A DNA stretch of 64,000 nt. Source: the human T2T-CHM13v2.0 reference genome, Homo sapiens. The position numbers and the translations under genes were made by a program. The first letter of the stretch is position 1. Every line of letters starts with the position of its first letter. The notes under the pieces were generated by a model. It ran no database searches and was not told the DNA's origin. It saw nothing but the letters and a program-made list of their open reading frames with translations. Where the stretch lies: the NCBI RefSeq assembly GCF_009914755.1, contig NC_060938.1; one strand, 5' to 3'. Below, in pieces: positions 27,200-42,680 of the stretch.

Positions 27200-27950
27200 T
27201 AAAACATCTTGTTTTTATGGAAATAGAATTCACTCTGTTAAGGGTGAAAATGGGGTAGAGGAGATGTACAATACAAAAACATGCATAAATAATAAATATG
27301 TGAAAATATGTGTGCTTTGGGAAAAAAATAAGCAGGGAAAGACTGAACAAATAGCAATGACGGGGACTGAAAAAGGCTTGAAATATTAAATACAGTGTCA
27401 AGAGAAGAGCTTCAATGAAAGGGTGAAATTTGAGCAGATACCAGAAAGAAGAAAGAGAACAAACAGGTCATACAAAGAGCTGAGGAAAAACGTTTATGTA
27501 AAGAGAAATGCAAACAGAAATAGCCAAGATAAGAGCTTGGCTAACATTTTTTACAAAAGCAAGAAGGCTAGCTCACTAAAGCAAAGAGAACAAGTTGGGA
27601 GAGCAGATGAGGTATTGTAGGGCATTGTTGCTTTTGTTGAGAATTTTGACTTTTACTCTGAGTGACATCAAAGCCATTGGGAAATGAGTTGCATAAGAAC
27701 AACATAGTCTACATGATCTGATAGATTTAAGATCATCACTCAGGCTGCTGTGTCATGAATTAGAATGCAAGGGGCAAGGACTAAGCAAGGATCCCTAGAA
27801 GATACTATTTAAAAACTAAGTGGGAGATCACAGTGGCTCAGGTCAGAGTAATAGTAGTGAAGGTGGAAGAAAACGGTTGGAATCTGGATATGTGTTAAAG
27901 CAAAAACGGAAATGATTTATCATAAGATTAGAGGTAGGTGTGAAAAAAAT
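26795..27950 (-). mobile_element. L2a fragments
   Basis: gaagatgacatttaagc, gtgaaatttgagcagat, ttttgacttttactctgagtgacatcaaagccattgg, aagatcatcactcaggctgctgtg, gaatctggatatgtgttaaag. Confidence 0.8.
27136..27195. repeat. (CA)n microsatellite within a 60-bp alternating purine-pyrimidine tract
   Basis: tgtgcgtgcacgcacacacacatg followed by (ca)18. Confidence 0.95.
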
Positions 27951-28738
27951 AGTATTTATAAGGAAAAATAGCAGTTTCTAAATGTCTTGGAAAAATAACT
28001 TTTTGAATATTTATAAATACCATTAAAAGATAATGGCTTCTTCATGTATTATAATTCTTCATGCCTTTTTCAATAACTTTTAATTTTTTTAACAAGTAGA
28101 AGCAAATAGTGGTGAGACTAATTTTACCTTTGGAAGTCAATTATTTTGTGTTAAGTAAAGAATAAGCAGTTATACCAGCGTCGTTTTTCAAGTATTATGT
28201 GTAACACAGTAGCATGCATCTTTGCAATAGTTTTGTGCAGATATGTGATTGAAGAAATAAAGACACTGCAAAGCAATGACTGAAAAAAAGAGAAACGTTT
28301 ATAAAAGATCTCAAAATATTGACAAAACTATATATACTGAATATAAATAAATTGAAAGAATTTTTCTTTTTATTTTAACTTTTTTGAAATTATACATATA
28401 TATGTATATTTTGCATATATATATATATACAGGAAAAAAGCTTATACCATAACTGAACAATTAATGAATTTTCACATGCTAAACATTCCTTGTCACTAGC
28501 ACTCATAAAAGAAAAATAACAAATACCTCAGAAATAATTTTGTTGTTCTCTTTCAATTACTATTCCAATAGTTAATCACCATACTGATACATAAAAAATA
28601 AATGTGTTGCGTTTTCATATTTTGTGTATAAATTAATTCATTCAACATACACACTTTTGTGTCTAGTTTCATTAATTCAACAGAATGTTTGAGAGATTCA
28701 TCTATATTGATATAGTTGTCAATCTTATCACTGTACTC

Positions 28739-29332
28739 TGTGGCAGATTTTGTTTTCAAAGATGGCCACACAGTGTCTCCCAACCCACATGATCTTCAAA
28801 TTGAGCTTGCTGCTTCCTAGAGATGGAATCCAATTCCTATCCACTTGGATTATCCTGACATTAATGACTTTCTTGTAATCAGTGCAATGTGGCTTAATGA
28901 ATAGGGTGTGACTTATGACTTCTAATGCTAGATCAGAAGAAGCACTGCAGCTTAGTTCTTATTTTTTGAAACACCAGCTCCTCATATACTCCTTCTTGGG
29001 ATCCTCCCTTCTTAGAATGCAGCTGAAATTCTCAGAGAAGCCCAAGTCACATGCAAATGTTCCAACTGAATAATCCCAATTAGATATCAATCACTCCAGT
29101 GAAGTAATATTCAAAAGCTTCTGGTTTCCAGCCATTTAAGTCAGCCCCAACCATTCAAGTCTTCCCAGCTGAGGCCCCAGACATCATGTAATAGGGATAA
29201 ATTATCCCTGCTGTGCCTTATCTCAATTTCTGATTCACAGTATCTATGGCCATATTGTTTGTTATTTTATTCTGGTGTATTTGAAATGGTTTTGTATGCA
29301 GCAACAATGGCTATGTATGCAGCTACTGGAAC
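28739..29332 (+). mobile_element. MaLR solo LTR (MLT1G/H-like)
   Basis: tgtggcagattttgttttcaaagatggccaca start. Also gtcttcccagctgaggccccagacatcatg, ccctgctgtgcc and tatgcagcaa. Confidence 0.85.
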
Positions 29333-29567
29333 CTGTACCCATTCTCTGAATGAACCATAGTCAACTGTGGATGAGAATTTGGATTTTTTTCTACTTTGTA
29401 GCTTTTATGAATAGTGCTTCTGTGAACATAACATCTGTGTATTGTTGAGCCTTTGTATATATTTGTGTCGAGCTTATAAACATGAATGGAATTAGTATTC
29501 ATTGGTACAGATTAAAAGATAGAACCAAATAATTTTCCAAAGTAGATGTAAAATATTTACATTCCCA

Positions 29568-29885
<318 letters not shown>

Positions 29886-30544
29886 TACATTCCCACAAGC
29901 AGCGTATGAATTCTGATTGTTCAGTGTCCTTGCCAACATTTCATTTTTTATCATATATCTTTTAGCTATTCCAGTAGATGTAGTATGCTATCCCATTGAA
30001 GTTTTCCTTGCATTTCTCTGATGTCTTACGTTATGAACAACTTTTTGTGTGTTAATTAGCCATTTAGATGTCCACTTTTCAAAAGGAAGTCTTTAACTCG
30101 TATTTCAACTGAGTTTTCTTTATTTTCCTTATCAATTTTAAGAAGTTATATATTCTTGATATGTGTATTAAAAATAGCTTCCCCTACTCTGTAGGTTGCC
30201 TTTTCAACTCTCAATGATGTCTTGAATTAACAAGAGGTATTAATATTAATATAGTCAATTTTATATTTTTTCTCTTAAAGCTTTGTATATACTATTTTAA
30301 AAGTCTGTTCTTAAATCAAAGTCCTAAAGTTATTCTCCTTATTTTATTGTTCTGCCTATAATATTTAGGTTTTTCAATACATTATAATTTTTGTTTATGA
30401 TATGAGATAAAAATTTTTGTATTTGAAAGATGGAAGTTCAGATATCTACTTTTGCTTATTAACAACCATTTATTGAACAAACTGTCATTCCCCAATGTAC
30501 TGCATTGCTGCCTTTGTCATAAATCACTATTATTTTTTAAGACA

Positions 30545-31200
30545 TCATTATCACTCACCTGTCCTTTTCCAGTAGCCTCATAACTAGTAAACCCTGCCTT
30601 ATTTCTCTCAAACTATACTTGAAAACCAAAAATCTGATAATATCAGTCCCCTACTATAAAACTTTTCATGGTTTTTCAATACCTAAAACAATGTTTCTCT
30701 CAGTGCAAAACTTAAAAATGCAAATTCTGTGGGTCCTCCTTCAAACCAAATGAATCAGAATGAGGAGAACTGATGATGGCATTTAAAAAGTGCAAGATAT
30801 TGTATTTTTAGAAATATGAAAGTCAGTGGTTTATCAAATTAAGACAAAATTCCTCAGCATAGATGAAAATATACAAGGTACTCCATAATCTTGTTTCTGT
30901 TAACTGATCTTATGTTCTACTCATTTACATCTTTATATCTGTATTTGCACTTGTTGTTCCCCAAAACCCCAACTATATTTGTATCTTACGATTTTCCCAT
31001 GTGGTGCATATCAACTTTTTTAGGCTCATCCCTGTGGACCCCTCAGCCACCTCTCCCTTAGAGGGGTTCTTTGCCTCCCTGAGAAGAATCAAAACACATC
31101 CTCATATACATTTTCCCCCTAATTATTGGCCATTTATTTAGGATCTCACCCATTTTTTCGCTATTCATGATAAGTGGAAGGAAGCAATAAAAATATATTT
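30545..31200 (+). mobile_element. L2 fragment interrupted by a MER5-like hAT MITE (about 30689-30829)
   Basis: L2: cagtagcctcataact, aaatctgataatatcagtcccctact, aaattcctcagcat. MER5: caatgtttctc..aaaatgcaaattctg..tgaatcagaat. Confidence 0.6.
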
Positions 31201-31282
31201 TTATGGATATGAACCATCTACCAACATGGGAAGCCAGGATGAGCTATTATCAGTTTTAATTAAAAATAAAATAAAATAAATT

Positions 31283-31866
<584 letters not shown>

Positions 31867-32639
31867 ATCTCCTTTCCATTTTTATCAGCAGAATACAGTA
31901 AATCCAACATTAATTTCTAATGATATAGGCCATTGTGAGCAAATACATTATTTTACCATTATGATAAAATGAATAGAGATGAATAAGTACTATGGTCAAA
32001 AGCTATTATTAGAATATTATCTTATATAGAGGAAAATGTTCCTTTCAATTATTCTGAAAAATGTATATGCATTCACATAATTCTAACTCTTTTCTTATAA
32101 TTGCTTGAAAACTCATAATTCTCACCAACAATAGAATTATGGATCACTTTTTTTAAATGTCTAATTGTTATTCAAATTTACTTTTTTATACGCACACAAT
32201 TTTATTTTGAAAAAACTGTATGACACACATTCAAGGAAATGCTTATTCTATGTATTTACTCTTCAGAATTAAACAAATATTCGTAAATAAGAGAATTTCA
32301 CTATTATGATTTAGCCATATATTTATAGGTTCTCTAGCACTGATTGTAATATTTGTGTGTTTGTGTATGAAAAATTTTATAATTTTAAAACTAGAATATG
32401 CATTTACATATTTGAAAAATTAAGAAATATGCAAAGGTGACCACATACTAATGTATCAAAGTCCAATGATTAACAGTACTCTGCAAAAGTTATTCCTCTG
32501 TAACAAAAGAAAACTTTGATACCATTTACTACATTCTCAACTAATTTTGTGACAAAGTCACTTATTTTTATTCTAAATTGCATTTTAAATTGCACACATA
32601 ATTATTGTTGTATACAGTTGTGATTTGCTAATATTTATT

Positions 32640-34195
32640 CACCGATTTACCAATTCATTTTTACTCCATTCCTTCTTGTATCACAAGCATTACTTCTGGG
32701 ATCACTTTCCTTCCTCCTGAAGGACATTCTTTCCAATGTTTTTTCTCAATGGCAATTGAGTGTGGGTCTGAAACTGCCTTTTGGGATACAGCTTTCCACG
32801 TTGATTTTTTTCTTAGTACCCAGCTTCTATAGTTGCTGTTTAGAACCAAGCTTACTGTCACTCTCTGAATAATTTTTTCTCCCCCTCAGATTTTTACGAT
32901 TTCCTCTTGATTTGTCCTTGTTTAGTTTCACTGTCATGCTTATGAAAAGGGAAATGTTCCCTTGTACCCCTCGCAGGGTGTGTGACAGGGAGAGCTGCTG
33001 GCTTCTTTGGTGCCCCGCTGCTCAAACCCCCTAGGGGGAGAATGCATGTGGGCAGGTTGTGGGGCTCTGACCCCATGGCAGTGTCTAGGGGTGAATGTTT
33101 ACAGCTCCTGAGGCCCCAGTGGGCATGCGTTACAGTGTCTGCTCTTTTAGTTTAGCCGTCCACAGGCGGTTTGTGTTTCTCAGCTCAATTAGACCCTCTG
33201 ACTTATCGCAAAGACAGGGGACTTTCTGTATCCTGGGGTTTCTTTCCTTGGTGTACTGGAAGAAGCAGATCACACCTGGGCTTGGAGAATAAGTGCAAGT
33301 TTTTTTATTGAAGTAGCTCTCAGCAGATGGGGAAGCCAGAAGGGAGATGGAATGGGAAAGTTTTCCCCTGGCGTTGGGCCACTCAGCAACTGGACTCTTC
33401 TCCAACTGCCCTGGCCAAACTCCAGGTCATTCCACCGGTTGATGGCCTGCCAGCGTGCTGGCATCTGCTGGTGCCTGTCAACGTGCTCTTCAACCAATAT
33501 GTTCCTCTCAACGTCCAGCCTCTTGTGTCTCTGCCCGCTAGAGTCTTGGGGTTTTTATAGGCACAAGATGGGGACGTGGTGGCCAGGATGGTCTTGGGAA
33601 ATGCAACATTTAGGTGTGAAAGCAGGAGTGCCTGTCCTCACATAGGTCCATGGGCCCGGGCCTGAGGGTAGAGCCCTAGCCAGGGCCCCACCTTTCTCTA
33701 CCCAGCATTTCCCTGCCCTCCTCCCAAATCACTTGCATGTATATTTCTTCTATTCATCATGCTTGAGATTCATTGTACTTCTTGGATTTCCTTCTTGTCA
33801 TTCTGGAAAACTCTCACTCATCATCTCTTTAGCACTGCCAGTGACCCATTTTTGCTGCTCTTCTTTTGGAAGTACAACTAGCTCTCACTGTATTCACAAT
33901 GTTGCTCAAAGTCCTTGAATTTTCTAGTCTTCTTCACTATCTGTTATATTTTGAATATGTTTACTACCATATATTTTAGTTCCTTTGTTGTATTATTAGC
34001 TATATTTAATTACCTTGTAAACTTATCTACTTAAGTTTTAAAATTATTCTGTATTTAATGTCTTCCATTTCTATTCACTTTTTAATTTCAAATCCACTGG
34101 GTTTGTGTGTATAGTTTCTATACTCTGTAGAAGTTTCAAAGACTTTTTTAAAAACAATGCTGGTTTTCACTCATGGTGCTATTTTTTCAGATATT
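32640..34195 (-). mobile_element. Ancient L1M ORF1-region fragment hosting the LTR1 element
   Basis: ttctgggatcactttccttcctcctgaag, cagcttctatagttgctgtt, tagtttcactgtcatg, ttctggaaaactctca. Confidence 0.55.
32943..33731 (-). mobile_element. ERV1 solo LTR, LTR1 family (LTR1B-like)
   Basis: TG...CA termini and near-TSD ctta/cttg. Minus strand reads gggcagggaaatgctgggtagagaa..gaggacaggcactcctg..gtgcctataaaaacccc. GC-rich island. Confidence 0.85.
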
Positions 34196-34211
34196 TTGCT
34201 ATTTATTTGTT

Positions 34212-34549
<338 letters not shown>

Positions 34550-35627
34550 TAAGCCTCAGGTTTTCCTGAAAACATTTTACTGAAAAGTTTGAGTCATGAC
34601 AGAATGGTTGATTTCTCTAGAGGGGAGCAAGTTGCACTTGTTTTGAGCATTTTTACTTTTTTTAGGCAGATGGTCTGTCTGAATAATTTAGTCTGCTATA
34701 GTAAGGAAATAAAGGTTTTCATGTCATCACATAGTAAATCTTTTACACCAAAAATACATTTTCCTCTAAAGTTGACGCTGCATTTAGTGAGTATATTCTT
34801 TAGCTAGCGTTCAAGTTTTAATACTGTCTGTTTTCTCTTGGAGGCATAATAGAAATACCTTGCTATAGCTCTTCTTTATTTTCTTTCTTGTTCTTTTACA
34901 TTTTTTTTATCTCTGTCATTTAGGACATAATTTTTATGTTCCTCTTATTTGCACATATATTTTATATTTTTCTTTTAATATCCACATTTTCTTTTAATAT
35001 CCTCTTATTTTTGCCGTTGATAAGTGAATAAGTGCACTTTGGGTCTCTGTAAAAAGGCTCCATAATCATGAGTACCTATTTAATGCCTAGAACAATAAAA
35101 ATATTCTGCTTTTATAATAAATATTTACAAAACAATGTGAAGCAGCTTAAGTAAAAAAAGAAAGAAAAGAAAAAAGAAAGAAAAATGTTTAAAAGAACGC
35201 TTTGCATTTTTTAGTTTACAAAATGCTGATGCTAGAAGGAGATGGAATGTTTAGCAAGATTTTGAATATATTTTCTAACCAGTTCAATGGATTAAAGTAT
35301 TTATAGCAGTATTTCTTTTATAATGTTTCATTTAACTTTAAAAGCTCATAAATATATCATTAACACTGAATCCATTTATCACCAGTATCTCTTGGGAAAG
35401 TTTTATATGAAATGAATGGAGAAAAAATGAGGACAAATTTGAAAAATGTTTTTCTCTTACGCTACATCTGTGAGGTAGAAGAGAATGGAGAAGAAATGAT
35501 TAAAGGGATCCAAGCTCTTGCATTATGGGTCAAATAGTCTTAGTTGATGAAATCTTCAAGGACAATAAAAGTCAACATTTGGATAAGGTATTTGTAATTA
35601 ACAAGGGAATATGAAATAATATAAATA

Positions 35628-35765
35628 TTGCCACTTATCTGCTTTATGACCCTGGACATGTTAACTATTTTAACTTACATTTTTATTATCTGTTAAATGG
35701 ACGTGAAAATACTGACCTTTTCAAACTATTATAAATATCTAAAATAACACATGTAAAATATTACA
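35628..35765 (+). mobile_element. MIR
   Basis: gccacttatctgctttatgaccctggacatgtta..atctgttaaatgg..aatactgacct. Confidence 0.65.
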
Positions 35766-36234
35766 CGTCAGGGATTTTAGGATTTATAATTCTCTTACTA
35801 CTGATTTTGTTATCATCAATTTGATCCTCATGCTCTTTGATGTGTGTATATCTCATAGTAAAAAAAAATCTTAATCTAGTTATGTTTCATTTATTCAGAC
35901 AATTATTTAGTAGGTACAGTGTGGAGCAATGAAGGAGGCTGCAGAGTTAGTGCAAGGGATCTGCAATTCATACAAGCAACAAGACTTGTCTGGAGACTGA
36001 AAAATAGTATCTTCCACATATACATACTACTGTTTTCCATTCTGTGTAGTTGTGACTAACAAAGATTAGTAAAATAGACATTTTAAAGGAAAAGTGGATT
36101 ATCCTTTGTTAATATTAATAAAACGGCCACTAGAGATGAATGTAAGCTGAGGAAAATTTGTATGCATAATTGTATGTCAATATGTGTATGTTCAGGTTGA
36201 CAAAGAAGAGAACAATTACAAGAGAGGATGTTGA

Positions 36235-36390
36235 TTATTGTTCAACTAACACTAATTAAGCACTTATTCTAAGCCAGGCACTAAGTAGAACTAAGTGCTG
36301 CTTCAAGAAGGCTTAGAGTGTGGATAGGATTATAAACACTTGACAGATAAGCATGGTGTGTGCATAGTTCTCTGATAGGAAGAAGAGAAG
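36235..36390 (-). mobile_element. L2 3' fragment
   Basis: ttcaactaacactaattaagcacttattctaagccaggcact. Confidence 0.55.
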
Positions 36391-37351
36391 AAGTATGGTA
36401 CTCCTCCAGCCTTTATTTCACCTCCAATCTCCATCAGTTAGTCCAATCATTCTAGTAAAACTTGTCTATCCATGCAGGCCAGAGTCCAGGACATATCCTA
36501 GCAGGGGTTTGTAGCCCAGAGACAATTTGCTCTGCTAAAGAGGAAATACCCTCAGGGCATCTACCTGGCTTCACAGGCTGCTGACCACAGGTAGGTGAAA
36601 CTAAAAAGCAGAACTGGCGTTTGTATCTTTGTTTGTTTTTACATCTACCACCAAATTCATTCAATTGTCTTTGAAAATTTTTGTTAGTGAAGCTATTGTC
36701 TTTAAAAATATTTTGATTGATATTATAAATCGGTATCTTATTTTTCTAACAACCCTGATTCATCAAAATATATGTTGTGAACTATTCAAAAACATTACCT
36801 ATTGAGACTTAAAGAAACTATAAAGGTCAAGGTTTTTTTCCTGAACTTATTACTCCCACAAGTCATACCTTAAATTTTGTCATCAATTCCATTTAGTTTC
36901 CAATGTCTCCTAGCAATAAAGTTTCTATTGAAAGAGATAAACTGTGAGAATAAGCCCCAGCTTGGGTGGATTTATTCCCATTAGACTTACTCCAAGGTGA
37001 GTTATGTAAATTAAGATGTGAAACACAGGATAACTTTATTTTAAAGAGATGATAGAGCTTTTTCCAAAATTCTTCTGTTACTATTCAGACCAGGATATAC
37101 TCAAAATAAGATGTATAAAGTATCTATTGGTGTTCTCTAGAGTTTTTGAGAGAAAAGGTAGGCATTCAATAAAGAACTATCATAGCATACATTTTTTCAA
37201 CCTTTTAAAAATATCTCTGCCTGAAGAAATAAAATCTGTTACTCATTCCAACCTCACCGTCCTATCTAAATCATTTCTAAAATCTCCAAGCTATCATTTT
37301 ATAATTAAAGAATGAATAAAATTTATGTATGGTGATTTCTACAATTCATAT

Positions 37352-37854
37352 GGCTACCAAAAAGGGGTCCCAATCCAGACCCAAAGAGAGGGTTCTTGGA
37401 TCTCACACAAAAAAGAATTCAGGGTGAGTCCGCAGTACAAAGTGAAAACAAGTTTATTAAGAAAGTAAAGGAATAAAAGAATGGCTACTACATAGGCAGA
37501 GCAGCCCCAAGGGCTGCTGGTTCCCCTTTTTATGGTTTTTTCTTGATTATATGCTGAATAAGGAGTGGATTATTCATGAGTTTTCAGAGAAGGGATGGGC
37601 AATTCCTGGATGAGCGGTGAGGATGACCAGAGGTTCTGTTGTTGCCATCTCGATTTTGGTGTGTTTTGTCCGGCTTCTTTCCTGAAACCTCTTTTATCAG
37701 CAAGGTCTCTATGACCTGTGTCTTGTGTGACTTCCTATTTCATCCTGTGACTAAGAAAGCCTAACCTCCCGGGAATGCAGCCCAGTAGGTCTCAGCCTTA
37801 TTTTACCCAGCCACAGTACAAGATGAAGTCACTCTGGTTCAAACATCTCTGACA
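37352..37854 (-). mobile_element. ERV1 solo LTR MER41B with internal deletion
   Basis: Minus strand starts tgtcagagatgtttgaaccagagtgact. Plus strand has aggggtcccaatccagacccaaagagagggttcttgga. TSD atat at 37348-37351 and 37855-37858. Confidence 0.9.
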
Positions 37855-40800
37855 ATATGGACTTGTAGAACACATATTTTTAATAAAAATTAACTTTATA
37901 TCTAAAGGATTTTTGTGAATATGCAGAATTTTGCTGCTAATTACTATTTGTCACAAATCATGGGAAAAAGTCACCTAGAGATCTTAGTTATCAAGTAATT
38001 CTAGAGTTAATAAAGAGTCTAAAATATGAGATGTTAACCCAAACTTTCTAAAAGTAATCGTTCACAATGTCTGAAACAACTACATGGAAGCTATATACAT
38101 CATATTATGAATAGTATTAAGGCCATATGTTATTTACATGATAAAATTTCCTGTCATTTTTTTACTTTAAGTTTTTAAGCATTTTACATTCTTTCCTTGC
38201 TTTTTTCTCTCCCTTAAGAATTGAATATATATATACATGTTCTTAATTATTTTAAAGGATTATTGTAGTTTCTTATATGAGTCATTTCCTAAACATGCAT
38301 AATTAGTGCATGTAATATTTAAACTACAGGGAGATGCCTCAAACTCTCACAAACATGTTTATTTTAAAAAAAGGGAAAAGAAGGGAATAAATAAACCCTT
38401 CATGCTAAAACTAAGAAAACTGAGACAGGAAATCTACTTTATAAAACAGGAAGGCATTAAATTCCTTAGAGTCCAATTAAAAGGTAATTAAATGTAAAAG
38501 AAACTCTACTATAAGCATGGTATTAATATATCTGATAATGTTACCATAAGAATGATCAACTGGAATACCTAGAGAATAGGGAGATGAGAGAGCAACAATA
38601 TGATACTATTTTGCTTAACACTGTTCAGTTCTGAGGGATGCTGGTACTGTACACACTATTTTCCTGGGAGGTGATTTCTGTTAAGAGACACAAGTGGCTC
38701 ATTTTACCCATGACAATCTCATCTCCTTTTGTTCAGATATTTTGTTCCCCCCCCGCCAAAAAAAAACCTTCTAATTTTTTAGTTCCCTTTTTCAGGTTTT
38801 CCAATTTTAGAAAGGAGGTGCCTGGGATATAGGGCAGAATTTTAAATATTGTCTAGTGAAATTTAGTATATTGATCTTTTAATTTATTCATCCTTATCCT
38901 ATGATTTTAAGAATTTAGTTGAATGTAACCTTTTCTATTGTCATTCCAGCTGAGTGAAGAAGCTCAGTTGAAGCAGCTCAATTATTTTATGATAAAAATA
39001 ATAGAAGAAATGCTTTAATGTAATAGATGATCAAAACCAGTGAATGTTACAGTAAGTCAGTGGTGAGAATTCAGATGAGAATGAGATCAAATTTTATGGT
39101 GGGGGTCAAAAGTAGCAGTGATGGGTAAGATAAATTGGGTTTTTGAGAGATTAAGTGCAGCTTTTGTCATATCTGGACAGAATACAAGTCAATATCCCAC
39201 CCAGAAGTAGAAGACATATTCTGCTCTGTCTCTAAGGAAAATTATGACCTTTGCTGAGTGATTCACTCCCAAATGGGATACAGAAGGTGCCAAGTAAATA
39301 GTCCACCTTTATTTCTGTAGGAATTCTATGTCCCTAAGAGATCTCGTAGAAACAGCCCTCTTCTGTCCAGCCTCTAAAATATCTCAAATTCCTTTCTATT
39401 TTGAATGAATTAACTTTAAATTATCCATGGGATATAATCTCTTATATATCCTCTGTCACTCCAGGTGAAAATAAAAGTCTCCTTCATTATCTAAATTATC
39501 ATCTATGTTTCTACATTATTATCTGTCTTGATGTTTCAATGGTTCATTTAAAATGTTTCAACTGATTTTAACTTCTATTTGTTTTGGTTTAATAGGGAAA
39601 CTGCATTTATGCTTATTTATCTTTTAAACACTAAAGGCAGATGACATTTTAAAATTCCTTATGGAAATAGAAAGAGTATACTATATATGATAAAATGGAC
39701 CTCCAGTTGGGTAGGTAATTTCTTCTTCCAGAGTACTTTTCTCCACAGTAAAGGAAAACACTTCTAAGATCCAACAGAAGAGCCTAAAATTTTGACCAGC
39801 GCTTTTGATCTTTTATATTCTCACCTCTAGCCTTTATTATCTTCATATTTTCTTTTTTAAATTTTTTACATACCTACAAATGATCTATATTTTTACTACA
39901 AAAACAAGCAGCTAAGCATATCCACAGTTTGGCCATTTCTGTATATTTTGAGTAGAGAAAAAGTGAAGAGAAAGAAGTGCTGTTTTTGCTTCTGAAAGTA
40001 GCCAGTGACTAATTCTTATGTCTCTCTGTTGTGTGTGCGTTGTAGCGATGCTCCTGTGTTCATTGCATCCCTCAAGCCTTTGTTGATACTTGTTACTTGG
40101 GATAGGAGGCGACTCTGCCAAAAATATTTCTCAAAATAGCTTGCATATTTGACATACATGAGAAAACTTTTATAAGCAAGTGAAAACAAACTTTGAAGTC
40201 CTGAGATGCTAGATACTTCTATAAAAAGTAATTCTTCATATTTAAAGTTAAATTTCCAAAGCGATTTGTTCATGCATTTTCATATTGCTTATTGTAAATT
40301 ATATTGTTAAATTAACAAACAGCCAAGCATAAAACTTAAACAAAGAAGTATACCTCTAAGACTTAATGGATAGGGCACATTTACATTAGTTCTTTGTTAG
40401 AGTCTGTCTATTGCTTAGTGTTGACCCTCTGCCCATGGCAAACACCACGGAGTAGACTATTTCAGCACCAGGAATGACTTTGTGATATCTCTCTCTATCA
40501 GCTTTGGCAATATGTTAAGAGGCTAAAAAGGATCTGAGAAAAAAGTTTAGAAGTTGCAGCCCCTGGCAAAATTCATTAAAAGGCATGGCACAGAAGTTGA
40601 AAAGCTCATCATAGAACTACAGTCAGCATTAACACTGCAGGGCTCCAGTACTTTCCCAGAAAATGCGACACCTCCAGGCATTCTTTGATTTTAGATTGCC
40701 AGCCAAAGCAAAGCACCAAAAGCCAGAAAGAGCAAGAAAAATTGATCTTCTGTCAGCAACCAAAACGACCTATAATCTTGTTCTACTTGAAAATTGTTAG

Positions 40801-40934
40801 TAAGTTGCAAAAAGGCTTGGGAAAAAGGAATTTGGTGGAAACTTCTTTCCTGAAATTCTTCCAAGATCCTAATTGTTCATCAAATATCCAAGAAATATGT
40901 ACCCAGGGATGCTTAGGAAAAATATTAACAAATT

Positions 40935-41166
40935 ATACTTAATGTTTACAGTGGAAGAGATACTAAACCAAGCACTTTAAGGGCATAACTCTATTTAATT
41001 CTCACACCAACTCCACAAGGTAGGTACTACTATTTCTCAAATTTTACAAATGTTTGAATTGAAGTGAAATGAAGTTAAGTGACTAGCTCAAGAGTATATA
41101 GTAGACTATAGAGGTGGGACTCAAGATGCAATACACTTCCTTCCTAACTACTGTAAAATACTGCCT
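40935..41166 (-). mobile_element. MIR
   Basis: atttaattctcacaccaactcc..aggtaggtactacta..attttacaaatg..gaagttaagtgact. Confidence 0.75.
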
Positions 41167-41561
41167 CAAAATAACATAGAAATAAAACAATCCAAACCTT
41201 TATGTCTCCTATGCCAATGAGAGGCTACTCTTCAAATATTTCCTAGAATGATTGTCTATGAAAAAATTAAGTAAGCATTGAAAGAGATTGTTAGACAACA
41301 AAACAATAATTTATATTCAATTCCCTTTGCTCAAGAATATCATTAAATCTTTTATATTCTCAATAATCAAATAATTTTTCCATGAATTGTTTATTATTAT
41401 CCCTTTTCATTTTTCTTCATATATATAAAATAGGCCTTTTCTATTGTTACTCTATTTTCCCTCAAACAGAGAATCCTGGAAAACAGTTCTATTTCTTCTG
41501 TATTTTAGAATGAATATAGACTCATTAGGAAATCTTATACTTGTATGTGTGCATACCTATA

Positions 41562-42142
41562 TATTTTTATTTTAGATTCAGGGGGTACATGTGCAGGTTT
41601 GCTACATGGATATATTGTATAATGGTGGGGTTTGGGCTTCTAGTGTATCCTTCATCTGAATACTGAACATTGTACACAATAAGTAATTTTCTAACATTCA
41701 CCTCCCTCTTAACCTCTGCACATTTGGAGTACCCAGTGTCTATTATTTTCTTCTTTATGTTCATATGTACTCATTGTTTAGCTCTCACCTATAAATGAGA
41801 ATATGCAGTATTTGACTTGCTGTTTCTTATTTTACTCAAGATAATGGCCTCTGGCTTCTTCTATGTTGCTGCAAAGGACATGATATTCATTTTTATGGCT
41901 GTATAATATTCCATGGTGTATATGTACCACAATTCTTTTATTCACTCATCCATTGATGGACTGTTAGGTTTATTCTATGACTTTGCTATTGTGAATAATG
42001 TGTGATACACATAAAAGTTCAGGTGTCTTTTCTGGCAAAATAATTTCTTTTTTATTGAGTAGATACCCAGTAGTGGGATTGTCGGGTTAAATCGTAGTTC
42101 TACTTTTAGTTATTTGAGAAATCTTCATACTCTTTTTCATAG
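41562..42142 (-). mobile_element. L1PA17/L1PB4-like 3' end
   Basis: ttattttagattcagggggtacatgtgcaggttt, gggcttctagtgta, gtagatacccagtagtgggatt. Confidence 0.9.
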
Positions 42143-42680
42143 AAAACACTGTATATTTACTAAGCATAACATTGTCTGACCACAGTGCCAAGTAAGGAAT
42201 CCATTTTTCCCTGCCAGAAGCTTCATAATTCTTCTAAAAGGTAGTAGTAGTTCAATAAAATAGGGACATATTATTCTAAAGTGCTACCGGGAGACAAATG
42301 TAAATATTGCACTGGGTAGTCATGCTCAATCAAATGAGCCAGAGCCAAAAAAAAATTATGACACCTCACCTTGGGCTAGGATTTGTAAGAAAATATACAG
42401 ATATAAAATATATCTATGGAATAATTATTTTCTTATTCATTTCCATTTTTATTTGAGTATTTTACTAATAATAGTCAAAGAATTAACTCATTGTTTGAAC
42501 TGAATTTTACATGTGTGTTTTACCAGAGTCATTTTTATTATGTAAATTATTTTCTTTTTAAAAAATGTCAGTAATTTAGCCTGTCTCCCTTTGCAAATCT
42601 ATTTCAAATTTATCAAGGATTTAGAATTCAAAGGAAAAAGTATGTAGGTCATTGCTAAGCCCATTAACAGCAGCATTATC

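Noticed and set aside
26884-27401. Cys/Val- and His/Thr-repeat ORFs
   Set aside because: Translations of the (CA)n microsatellite.
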